Shown here piece by piece: positions 1 through 7,722 of a DNA stretch of 47,926 nucleotides. A program made the translations under genes and the position numbers. The stretch is taken from contig RFKQ01000092.1 of assembly GCA_003694635.1 (NCBI GenBank), positions 1-47,926 on the forward strand, given 5' to 3'. The DNA is from Planctomycetota bacterium. GTDB taxonomy: Bacteria; Planctomycetota; J132. The notes under the pieces are model-generated. The model saw nothing but the letters and a program-made list of their open reading frames with translations, did no database searches and was not told where the DNA came from. Each line of letters opens with the position of its first letter. The first letter of the stretch is position 1.

Positions 1-667
1 AGGCGGCCATATTATCGCAGATAAGGGTGGTTTTCACGCCGTTTTGTTGCAGTTCCCAGGTACTGAGTCTGGCGCCTTGCCAGAGAGGTCGGGTTTCGTC
101 CACAAAGACGGAGATATCTTTTCCTTCTTGGAGGGCGGAGTAGATCACGCCGAGGGCGGTGCCGTAGTTTGCGGTGGCTAGGGCGCCGGCGTTGCAATGG
201 GTGAGGACATTGGCGCGGTGGGGGAGGAGTTTGGCGCCGTGGTAGCCGATTTTTTGGCAGCATTGGAGGTCTTCTTGGAGTATTTGTAGGGCTTTGTTTA
301 GGAGGAGAGGGAGGAGTTTGTTGGTGGGGAGGTGTTGGTTTTGGCGGTAGAGTTTTTCTTGTTGTTGGAGTGCCCAGAATAGGTTGACGGCGGTGGGGCG
401 GGAGTTTTGGAGTTCTTGAAGGACATATGGTAGGGTGATATGTTCGCCTTCTAGGATTTGTCGTGCCCCCAGTACCACGCCGAAGGCGGCGGCTATTCCG
501 ATGGCGGGTGCGCCTCGGACCACCATATTTACGATAGCTTCTTTCACTTCTTGGAAGCGGTGGCAGATTTTATATTCCAGTAGGGTGGGGAGTTTGGTTT
601 GGTTGAGGAGCTTGAGGTGTCCATAGGCGTCTCCCACCCATTCTATGGTGCAGACGGGCAGTTTCAT
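1..667 (-). CDS. mtnA: S-methyl-5-thioribose-1-phosphate isomerase (runs off the window start; not in the ORF track)
   Basis: Manual minus-strand translation from ATG at 667: MKLPVCTIEW...LLNQTKLP...MVVRGAPAIGIAAAFG...DETRPLWQGARL...LICDNMAA, all MtnA motifs. The start overlaps the purC stop (ATGA). Confidence 0.92.
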   Translation of the reverse strand, partial: MKLPVCTIEWVGDAYGHLKLLNQTKLPTLLEYKICHRFQEVKEAIVNMVVRGAPAIGIAAAFGVVLGARQILEGEHITLPYVLQELQNSRPTAVNLFWALQQQEKLYRQNQHLPTNKLLPLLLNKALQILQEDLQCCQKIGYHGAKLLPHRANVLTHCNAGALATANYGTALGVIYSALQEGKDISVFVDETRPLWQGARLSTWELQQNGVKTTLICDNMAA

Positions 668-1581
668 TTTTTTTCCTTTCGGGGGTGAAATCCGGTCCAT
701 TTTTGGCAGAAGAGGAGGTAGCGTTGTGCGATTTCCTCCACAAGTTTGGGGGGAAGTTGGGGAGGGGGGGGGTGGTTATTTTTTTGGAGTTGTCGGCAGA
801 ATCGTTGGAAGGGTTCTCTTTCGTAGGAGAGTTCTAATTCTTGGTGGTTGGGGGTGGATTGGTTGGGTTGGAGTTTCCAGAAGAGGCAATCTCCCTTGCT
901 CAGGGGTTCGCCGATCAGGAGGATATCGCCGTCTAGGAGTCCCCATCGAAAGCGCATTTGTGCTAGGATAAATCCCTTATTTTGGGAGAGTTGTTCTAGA
1001 CATTCGAAGGCGGAGAGGGATTTTTGTTGGATTTCCCAGGTGATTTTATCCCCCACCACTTCTGACATTTGGCTGAGGCCGAGGTAGGGGGTAGAATATT
1101 CTTGGTGAGAGGAGGCGTTGCGGGCGAAGATGACGGGTTCTTCCAGGCGTTCTTGGGGGGTTAGGCCGCGGGGGAGTTTGGTTTTGCGCAGGTAGGGGAG
1201 TTTGGTGTAGGATTGGGTGAGGGTTGGGGGGAGGTAGCGGCAGACCCAGAAATCGATGGGGATCACGCTAGCTTTTTTGACCAGTAGGGTACGGTCTTTT
1301 AGGATATGTCTTGCGTCGCCGAGGTCGGTAGGGATTTTTTCGATATCGGAGGTGAGGTAATGGGTTTTTAGGAAGGATTGGAGGTGTTGATACCAGAGGG
1401 CCAATATTTTGGCGATAGCGATTCCTTTGTAGGGGATGGGATAGGATTGTTGTTGATAGGTGATTTTATCCATGGCGACGAAGAGGAGGCGGTTGTCTAG
1501 GCGGTAGATATCCCAGTGGTTTGTTCGCTTTAGGATACGTACGTTTTGGAGGGTAGTTTCTGTGATAGGAAGGGAGTTCAT
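664..1581 (-). CDS. purC: SAICAR synthetase-like protein (PurC fold, catalytic motifs degenerate)
   Basis: Colinear with PurC (DIY, IPYKG, KTHYL, LVKK, IPID, LPRGL...ERLEEPVIF, KGFILA...F.WG, LPPKLVEEIAQRY), but the GKVR, DRIS, DxKxEFG and DE..TPDSSR motifs are altered. Confidence 0.75.
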   Translation of the reverse strand: MNSLPITETTLQNVRILKRTNHWDIYRLDNRLLFVAMDKITYQQQSYPIPYKGIAIAKILALWYQHLQSFLKTHYLTSDIEKIPTDLGDARHILKDRTLLVKKASVIPIDFWVCRYLPPTLTQSYTKLPYLRKTKLPRGLTPQERLEEPVIFARNASSHQEYSTPYLGLSQMSEVVGDKITWEIQQKSLSAFECLEQLSQNKGFILAQMRFRWGLLDGDILLIGEPLSKGDCLFWKLQPNQSTPNHQELELSYEREPFQRFCRQLQKNNHPPPPQLPPKLVEEIAQRYLLFCQKWTGFHPRKEKK

Positions 1582-1588
1582 AGCGTTT

Positions 1589-2002
1589 TTATTTTAGGTC
1601 TGGTGAGAATTGGGAGGCTCGTTGCCAGAGTTTTTCAATTTTTTTTTCTTGGACAGGGGGTAGTTTTTCGAGTTTAAAGTGATAGGTATGGATATCTTGG
1701 AGGGATAGGGGTAGAAGGATTTCGAACACGAAGTCTAGGGGGAAGATTTCGTAGATAGGGGGTTGGAGTTGGATGTTTTTGACGAGGAGTTGATATCCAT
1801 TTTTTTTCAGGATAATTTCTCGTCCTCCGTAGTGGGTAAATTCGAGGAAGAGGGGGGTTTTTCCTATTCGTTTGCCATCCAGGTAGGCTTCGGCCCCTGG
1901 TGGATCGGAGCGCAGAATGAGGATACGTTCCACGCAGCCGAGGAGGAGGGGGGGGAGAAGCAGGGAGATTTTCCATAATTTTGTGCAGATAGGTTCCTCC
2001 AT
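1589..2002 (-). CDS. PEGA-domain lipoprotein
   Basis: Lipobox LLLGC followed by the PEGA pattern RSDPPGAEAYLDGKRIGKTP...EIILKKNGY. Confidence 0.8.
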   Translation of the reverse strand: MEEPICTKLWKISLLLPPLLLGCVERILILRSDPPGAEAYLDGKRIGKTPLFLEFTHYGGREIILKKNGYQLLVKNIQLQPPIYEIFPLDFVFEILLPLSLQDIHTYHFKLEKLPPVQEKKIEKLWQRASQFSPDLK

Positions 2003-2056
2003 GATGGGAGTGGGTTTAGGCGTAGGGATAAGGTATTTTGAGTTAAGATTTATAGG

Positions 2057-2110
2057 TTGACGAATTTTCTAGAGTTTAAGTATAGATTAGTTTTTTTCAT
2101 GTGTTATAAT
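2057..2110 (+). promoter_or_regulatory. Putative sigma70 promoter(s) for the pnp operon
   Basis: TTGACG-N18-TATAGA (2057-2086) and an extended -10 TGtTATAAT (2102-2110) in an AT-rich divergent intergenic region. Confidence 0.45.
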
Positions 2111-2213
2111 ATAAATATTTCAAAATAACAAGAGAACTTTTAGATTTATCTAAAAAAACGTTAAGATTTTTTAAGATTTTCGAATTATTTTTTTACAAAT
2201 AAGGTAGTTTTGG

Positions 2214-4373
2214 ATGAGTTTAGAGAATTTTGTACATTTATCGAAGCCTTCGAGCTTTAGTTGGGAGGTGGAGGGGGAGAGGATTATGTTTGAGACGGGG
2301 AGGATAGCGAAGCAGGCCAATGGTGCGGTGGTTTTGCGGTATAGGGAGGCCTTTCTTTTAGCAACGGCCACGGCGGCTACTCAGCCGAGTGAGGGGATAG
2401 ATTTTGTACCGTTATCGGTAGAATATCGGGAGAAGTTTGCTTCTGCGGGTAGGATTCCGGGGGGATTTTTGCGTCGAGAGGGGCGCATTACAGACGAGGA
2501 GGTGCTGACTTCGCGTCTGGTGGATAGGTCCATACGTCCGTTATTTCCAAAGGATTATCGTTATGAGACGCAGGTCTTGGTTCATGTATTTAGCACGAGT
2601 GAGGAGTGTGATACGGAGCCGTTAGCGATTTTAGCGGCATCTGTGGCGTTGTATATTTCGGACATTCCTTGGGGAGGGCCGGTGGGAGGAGTTCGGGTGT
2701 GTAGGATTGGGGGGGAGTTTCGTTTATTTTCTTCGTTGCAGGAGAGGGAGAGGGCGGATTTAGATTTGGTGATTTCTTGTTCGCCGGAGGGGTTAATTAT
2801 GTTAGAGGGGGGGGGTAAGGAGGTGGAGGAGAGGGAGGTTTTGGAGGCGATGGAGTTTGCGCAGCGGGGTTTAGTTTCTTTTTTTGAGCGGGTATCTGAG
2901 TGGGGGAAGGAAGTAGGTAGGCCGAAGCGTGCGTTGTTGGAGGATGGGGATAGGGCGGCTGTGGAGGCGAGGGCGGAGGAGATTGGTCGGAGGTGGGAGG
3001 CTTCTTTTGCGGAGGCGTTTGGTTTTTCTGTGAAGAAGGCACGTCGGCAGGCGTTGGAGCGCTTACGAGAGGAGGTTTTGGAGGCGTATAGGGATTTGGA
3101 GGGTGAGGGGTTTGATGCGGGTTTTTGCGCCAAGGCGTTTGAGTTGGCCAAATCGGGTTTTATGCGTGCGCAGATACTTCGTGATCGGCGGCGGATAGAC
3201 GGTCGGGGGATGGGGGAGATCAGGCCGATAGAGGTGGAGGTGGGTATTTTGCCGGGGGCTCATGGCTCTAGTTTATTCACTCGTGGGGAGACTCAGGCGT
3301 TGGTGACGTGTACGTTGGGGATGGAGAGTGAGAGTCAGGTGGTGGAAACGATTTTTGGGGAAGGGCAGCGTTATTTTCTTTTGCATTACAATTTTCCGCC
3401 TTATTGTGTAGGTGAGGTGCGTCCCATGCGCGGTCCGGGTCGGAGGGAGATTGGTCATGGCAATCTTGCTCGGCGTGCGCTGTTGCCGGTGATACCTTCC
3501 CGGGATGCTTTTCCCTACACCATTCGGGTGGTTTCTGACATTACCGAGTCCAATGGTTCGTCGTCCATGGCGACGGTTTGTGGGGCTTCTATGGCGTTGA
3601 TGGATGCGGGGGTACCGATTTCGAAGCCGGTGGCGGGGATTGCGATGGGGTTGGTTTGTGAGGGAGAGGAGGTGGCGATACTTTCGGATATTTTGGGGGA
3701 TGAGGATCACTTAGGGGATATGGATTTTAAGGTGGCGGGGACGAGGGATGGGATCACGGCGGTGCAGATGGACAATAAGTTGGGTTCTGTGGAGCGTTCT
3801 GTTTTGGAGAGGGCGTTGCAGCAGGCTCGGGAGGGTAGGTTGAGCATTTTGGAGACGATGTCAAAGACTCTTGGTGCTCATCGGCAGGAGCTTTCGGAGC
3901 ATGCTCCTCAGGTGGCTTCTTTGCAGATTTGTCCGGAGACGGTTCGTCAGTTGATTGGTCCGAAAGGGAAGACCATTCAGCAGATTCAGCAAGACACGGA
4001 GACCTCCATTGAGGTATCGGAAAACGGGAGGGTTCGGATTTACGGAAGGAGTCGGGCCAGGCTTCAGGAGGCGAGGGAGTTGGTGGAATATCACACGGCG
4101 CAGGTGGAGGTAGGCAAGTACTACGAGGGTGAGGTGAGTTCCATACGGGATTTTGGTGCATTTGTTCGCATATATGCCCATGTAGAAGGTTTGATTCACA
4201 TTTCCGAGATTGATCACAAGAGGGTTCAGGCGGTTGAGGATTATCTTCGGGTGGGAGAGAAGGTGGTGGTGAAGGTTTTAGGAGTGGATAGAAAAGGGCG
4301 CTTGTCCCTCTCTCGCAAGGAGGGGCTGCATATTCAGAAAGAGTGTGTGGAAAATTGGAAGGGTAGAATGTAG
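2214..4373 (+). CDS. pnp: Polyribonucleotide nucleotidyltransferase (PNPase)
   Basis: ETGRIAKQANG, GRIPGGFLRREGR, RLVDRSIRPLFP, HGSSLFTRGETQ, RREIGHG, SNGSSSMA, DILGDEDHLGDMDFKVAGT; KH domain (IGPKGKTI) and S1 domain (DFGAFV). Confidence 0.97.
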   Translation: MSLENFVHLSKPSSFSWEVEGERIMFETGRIAKQANGAVVLRYREAFLLATATAATQPSEGIDFVPLSVEYREKFASAGRIPGGFLRREGRITDEEVLTSRLVDRSIRPLFPKDYRYETQVLVHVFSTSEECDTEPLAILAASVALYISDIPWGGPVGGVRVCRIGGEFRLFSSLQERERADLDLVISCSPEGLIMLEGGGKEVEEREVLEAMEFAQRGLVSFFERVSEWGKEVGRPKRALLEDGDRAAVEARAEEIGRRWEASFAEAFGFSVKKARRQALERLREEVLEAYRDLEGEGFDAGFCAKAFELAKSGFMRAQILRDRRRIDGRGMGEIRPIEVEVGILPGAHGSSLFTRGETQALVTCTLGMESESQVVETIFGEGQRYFLLHYNFPPYCVGEVRPMRGPGRREIGHGNLARRALLPVIPSRDAFPYTIRVVSDITESNGSSSMATVCGASMALMDAGVPISKPVAGIAMGLVCEGEEVAILSDILGDEDHLGDMDFKVAGTRDGITAVQMDNKLGSVERSVLERALQQAREGRLSILETMSKTLGAHRQELSEHAPQVASLQICPETVRQLIGPKGKTIQQIQQDTETSIEVSENGRVRIYGRSRARLQEARELVEYHTAQVEVGKYYEGEVSSIRDFGAFVRIYAHVEGLIHISEIDHKRVQAVEDYLRVGEKVVVKVLGVDRKGRLSLSRKEGLHIQKECVENWKGRM

Positions 4374-5264
4374 ATGGAAGAGAGAAAGCGAAGACGAAAT
4401 TTTTCTCAGAAGGGTTCTTTTTCTTCGAAGCATAGGAAAGGGCGGCCGGGTTTCAAAGTTCAGCGTGGGGCTAAGGGTTGGAGGCGGCGTTCTTCTTCGT
4501 CTCAGCGGCGTCGCTACCGCAGGTCACTTCCTCCCGAGATCAAGGCCAAAGCCGAGCAGTTGATGGAGAAAAATGGTTTGAGCTTTAAGTATGCGGTGGA
4601 GGTGGCGCGGGGACGCAAGAAGCTTCCTGAAGCTCTTCAGGAGATGTTTCAGCGCAGGAAGATGGAGGAGCTGATGAGGAAGCACCGCTTAGATCGGGCG
4701 ATGGCTGGTCAGGTGGTTCATCAGCGTCTTTCTCTGGAGGAGGCGAAGAGGATTGTTCATTTTAAGAGGTTCCGTCGCAAGCATATGCGCACAAGTTGTT
4801 TTACTCTTTCGTACAAGCGGAAGTTAGCGTTTGTTTTTGAGTGCCATGGCCATCGGCGGAATGTGGGTATGGTGGTGGTGGATGATCCTTATGACATTAC
4901 GTTGCAGCTGCAGGGAGAGGAGTTGCGGATGCCGAAGTTGGAGGTGAAGTATTCTTATAGGGAGGAGGAGGCTTCGTTGGTTCAGCCGAAGGTTTCTAGG
5001 GATTTGGAAGTGGTGGAGAAGGGTCTAGGTCCTATCCAGCGCATTTTGGACAGGTATCGGATTAAGGATAGGTTGTTGTTTGATTATTATCTTGCGAGGA
5101 AGCCGGTGCGGTTTACCACGTTGGAGGGGGATGTGTTGGTGGGTAGGATAGTGTGGTTTAACCAGTATGAAATTGGTTTAGATTTGGGGGAGAGGGCTAG
5201 CGTTTATCTTTTGCGTCATGCTCTTTACAGTTGGGAGCAGTTGGAGAATGGAGCGGGAGCTTGA
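4374..5264 (+). CDS. Arg-rich protein with a C-terminal Hfq/Sm-like domain and a probable second degenerate Sm domain
   Basis: aa 231-289 (KDRLLFDYYLARKPVRFTTLEGDVLVGRIVWFNQYEIGL...YLLRHAL) aligns by eye with Hfq ([39 protein letters not shown]...MVYKHAI). The ATG directly follows the pnp TAG. Confidence 0.7.
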   Translation: MEERKRRRNFSQKGSFSSKHRKGRPGFKVQRGAKGWRRRSSSSQRRRYRRSLPPEIKAKAEQLMEKNGLSFKYAVEVARGRKKLPEALQEMFQRRKMEELMRKHRLDRAMAGQVVHQRLSLEEAKRIVHFKRFRRKHMRTSCFTLSYKRKLAFVFECHGHRRNVGMVVVDDPYDITLQLQGEELRMPKLEVKYSYREEEASLVQPKVSRDLEVVEKGLGPIQRILDRYRIKDRLLFDYYLARKPVRFTTLEGDVLVGRIVWFNQYEIGLDLGERASVYLLRHALYSWEQLENGAGA

Positions 5265-6240
5265 GACTTTGCAGAGGCCTTATCGAGAGGTTGGGGTAGA
5301 CGAAGGGAGGGTGATTTCCATACTTCGGGAGGTGATGGATACTTCTTTGTCTCCGCTGCCATCTAATTTTTTTTGTCAGCTTGTTCCTCTTCCTTCTTCC
5401 CTTTCCTCTCGTTCTTCCTATTTGGCTCTTAGTACGGATGGGGTTGGTACGAAGTTATGGTTAGCACTTCAGACGGGTTATTTTCGCCATCTTGGTCAGG
5501 ATTTGGTGGCGATGGTTTACAATGACTTGATCACTTGTGGGGCTCAGCCGCTTGGTTTTTTGGACTATTACGCCGCGGGTGTATTGGAGGAGGGGGTGTA
5601 TCGGGGTATACTTTCTTCCATTCAGGAGGCTTGTTTGGAGGTTCAGATGCCGTTGTTGGGTGGGGAGACGGCACAGATGCCGGGTTTTTATCCGCGTGGA
5701 AGGTTAGATTTAGCGGGGTTTGGGGTGGGGGTGGTGGGTGAGGAGGAGTTATTGGGTCCTCATCGGGTGAGGAAGGGGGATATTTTGGTGGGATTTTCTT
5801 CTTCTGGGTTTCACTGCAATGGTTTTAGTCTTTTGCGGCGATATCTTTCTGAGGGGGAGCTTTATCGGAGTTATACCTTTGGGGGGCGGACGCGTCCGTT
5901 GTATCGTTTTCTTTTGGAGCCGGCTTATTTGTATCGTTGGGTGTTGGAGGGGAGGGAGTTTTTGCGTCCGCTTGCTTTGGCGCATATTACGGGTGGTGGG
6001 ATTTATGGCAATGTGGTACGGGTGTTGCCTTCTTCTTTACAGATGCGTTTGGATGAGGAGGTGATTTGGAGTCGTTCGGAGGCGGAGATATTTTTATGGT
6101 TTGGCAGGTTGGCGGGTTTAACACGTCGGCAGATGCTTGCGATTTTCAATTGTGGGGTGGGGATGGTGGCGGTGTTGCGGGAGCCTAGGGAGGAGGATAT
6201 TGCTAGGTTAGGTGGTTTTGTGTTGGGGGAGGTGATTTGA
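5248..6240 (+). CDS. purM: Phosphoribosylformylglycinamidine cyclo-ligase (AIR synthase)
   Basis: YREVGVD, STDGVGTK, DLVAMVYNDL, FLDYYA, GGETAQMPG, SSGFHCNGFSL, AHITGGG, FNCGVGM. Start chosen at ATG 5248. Confidence 0.93.
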   Translation: MERELETLQRPYREVGVDEGRVISILREVMDTSLSPLPSNFFCQLVPLPSSLSSRSSYLALSTDGVGTKLWLALQTGYFRHLGQDLVAMVYNDLITCGAQPLGFLDYYAAGVLEEGVYRGILSSIQEACLEVQMPLLGGETAQMPGFYPRGRLDLAGFGVGVVGEEELLGPHRVRKGDILVGFSSSGFHCNGFSLLRRYLSEGELYRSYTFGGRTRPLYRFLLEPAYLYRWVLEGREFLRPLALAHITGGGIYGNVVRVLPSSLQMRLDEEVIWSRSEAEIFLWFGRLAGLTRRQMLAIFNCGVGMVAVLREPREEDIARLGGFVLGEVI

Positions 6241-6280
6241 GGGGTTGGGGAGAGTTGGTTTTGGCGGAGGAGCAGGAGTT

Positions 6281-7042
6281 ATGTCCGGTTCGGTGTTAGA
6301 GGTTGTTCAGCTTACTTATGGGTATAAGAAGCCGTTGGGGGAGGGATTAAATTTTTGTTTGCCTTCTTCGTCGTTTTTGGCGGTGATTGGGCCGAATGGG
6401 GTGGGGAAGAGTGCTTTTTTGCGGACGTTGTTGGGGGTAATTGCCCCGTTGCGTGGGGAGGTGAGGTATAGTTTTCCGCTTAGTTGTAGGGCTCAGAACT
6501 TGGCATATTTACCTCAGCATCCTGTACTTCCTCTTGGTTTGAGGGTAGAGGAGGTGGTGGAGTTAGGGAGGTTTCCCCGTAGGCGTTGGGGTTTAGGTGC
6601 TGGAGGTGCTGTAGGGGATCGGGGTGTGGTTTGGGAGGCGATGGAGCGGGCGGGGATTTTGGAGTTGAGGGGTAGGATGGCGTCGCGGATTTCTGGTGGG
6701 GAGCGTCAGAGGATGCACATAGCTCAGTTGCTTGCTCAGGATCCTTGTATTTTTCTTTTGGACGAGCCTTTGACCCATTTGGATTTAGGTCAGCGTTGTA
6801 GGGTTTTGGATCTTTTGGGTAGTTTGCGTGAGGAGGGGAAGGTGGTGGTGGCGACGTTTCATGATCTTGAGGTAGTTTCTTCGGTGGCGGATTGGGTTTT
6901 ATTGTTGAAGCCTGGTGGGGGGTATATATTTGGGGAGGTGGAAGAGGTGTTGAGCTTAGAGCATTTGCGGGAGGCGTTTGGGGATATTTCTTTTTGGGAG
7001 GGATTGGGGGGTAGGTTTAGTTCGTTTTTTGTTCGGAGGTAG
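6281..7042 (+). CDS. ABC transporter ATP-binding protein (iron-siderophore/cobalamin/metal FepC-like)
   Basis: Walker A GPNGVGKS, Q-loop YLPQ, signature ISGGERQR, Walker B LLDEP, H-loop FHD. RBS AGGAG precedes ATG 6281. Confidence 0.88.
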   Translation: MSGSVLEVVQLTYGYKKPLGEGLNFCLPSSSFLAVIGPNGVGKSAFLRTLLGVIAPLRGEVRYSFPLSCRAQNLAYLPQHPVLPLGLRVEEVVELGRFPRRRWGLGAGGAVGDRGVVWEAMERAGILELRGRMASRISGGERQRMHIAQLLAQDPCIFLLDEPLTHLDLGQRCRVLDLLGSLREEGKVVVATFHDLEVVSSVADWVLLLKPGGGYIFGEVEEVLSLEHLREAFGDISFWEGLGGRFSSFFVRR

Positions 7043-7128
7043 TGATGGAATGGTGTGGGGGTGATAGAATATTTTTTCCTATTATAATGGAGAGGTTGTA
7101 CTGCATTGATGGATAAGGTTTTTATTTT

Positions 7129-7695
7129 ATGAGCACCGATAGCGAATTGATTGAGAGGTCACTTCAGGGGGACAAATCTGCGTTTGCTGAGTTGGTGGAG
7201 CGCTATCGGGAGAAGAGCTACTGGATTGCGTACAATATGCTTCACAATTATGAGGATGCGAGGGACATTTCGCAGGAGGCGTTTATTCGGATTTATCGTT
7301 CTTTGGACAAGTTTAATCCGAAGCGTCAGTTTTACACGTGGCTTTATCAGATTGTGGTAAATTTATGCATTGATCATTTGCGCAAGTGGGGGAAGAGGAA
7401 GTCGGTTTCGTTGGAGGAGAATCTTTCGGAGGATCCTCATTTTTCGTCGTCGCCGTATCACACTTTAGAGGAGTATGAGTTATGTGAGGAGGTGCATCAG
7501 ATTTTGAAGAAGATTCCGCCGAAATACAGGAGTGTTTTGATTTTGAGGGATTTGGAGGGGCTTTCTTGCCAGGAGACGGCGGAGATTATTGGTTGTACAT
7601 ATGCCACGGCGCGTTGGCGCTTACATCAGGCGAGGCAGATGTTCCGAGAGCTTTGGGAAAAAAAGCACACTCAATCCTCCTCGAATTCTTCGTGA
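7129..7695 (+). CDS. ECF RNA polymerase sigma factor (SigW/RpoE-like)
   Basis: Region 2: GDKSAFAELVERY, DARDISQEAFIR, FYTWLYQIVVNLCIDHLRK. Region 4.2: LILRDLEGLSCQETAEIIGC...RWRLHQAR. Confidence 0.93.
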   Translation: MSTDSELIERSLQGDKSAFAELVERYREKSYWIAYNMLHNYEDARDISQEAFIRIYRSLDKFNPKRQFYTWLYQIVVNLCIDHLRKWGKRKSVSLEENLSEDPHFSSSPYHTLEEYELCEEVHQILKKIPPKYRSVLILRDLEGLSCQETAEIIGCTYATARWRLHQARQMFRELWEKKHTQSSSNSS

Positions 7696-7722
7696 TATTT
7701 TTGTCAGAGTAGGAAGGTTTGT

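Noticed and set aside
6500-6700. G-run clusters as functional G-quadruplexes
   Set aside because: G-runs occur throughout the skewed blocks and are explained by composition.
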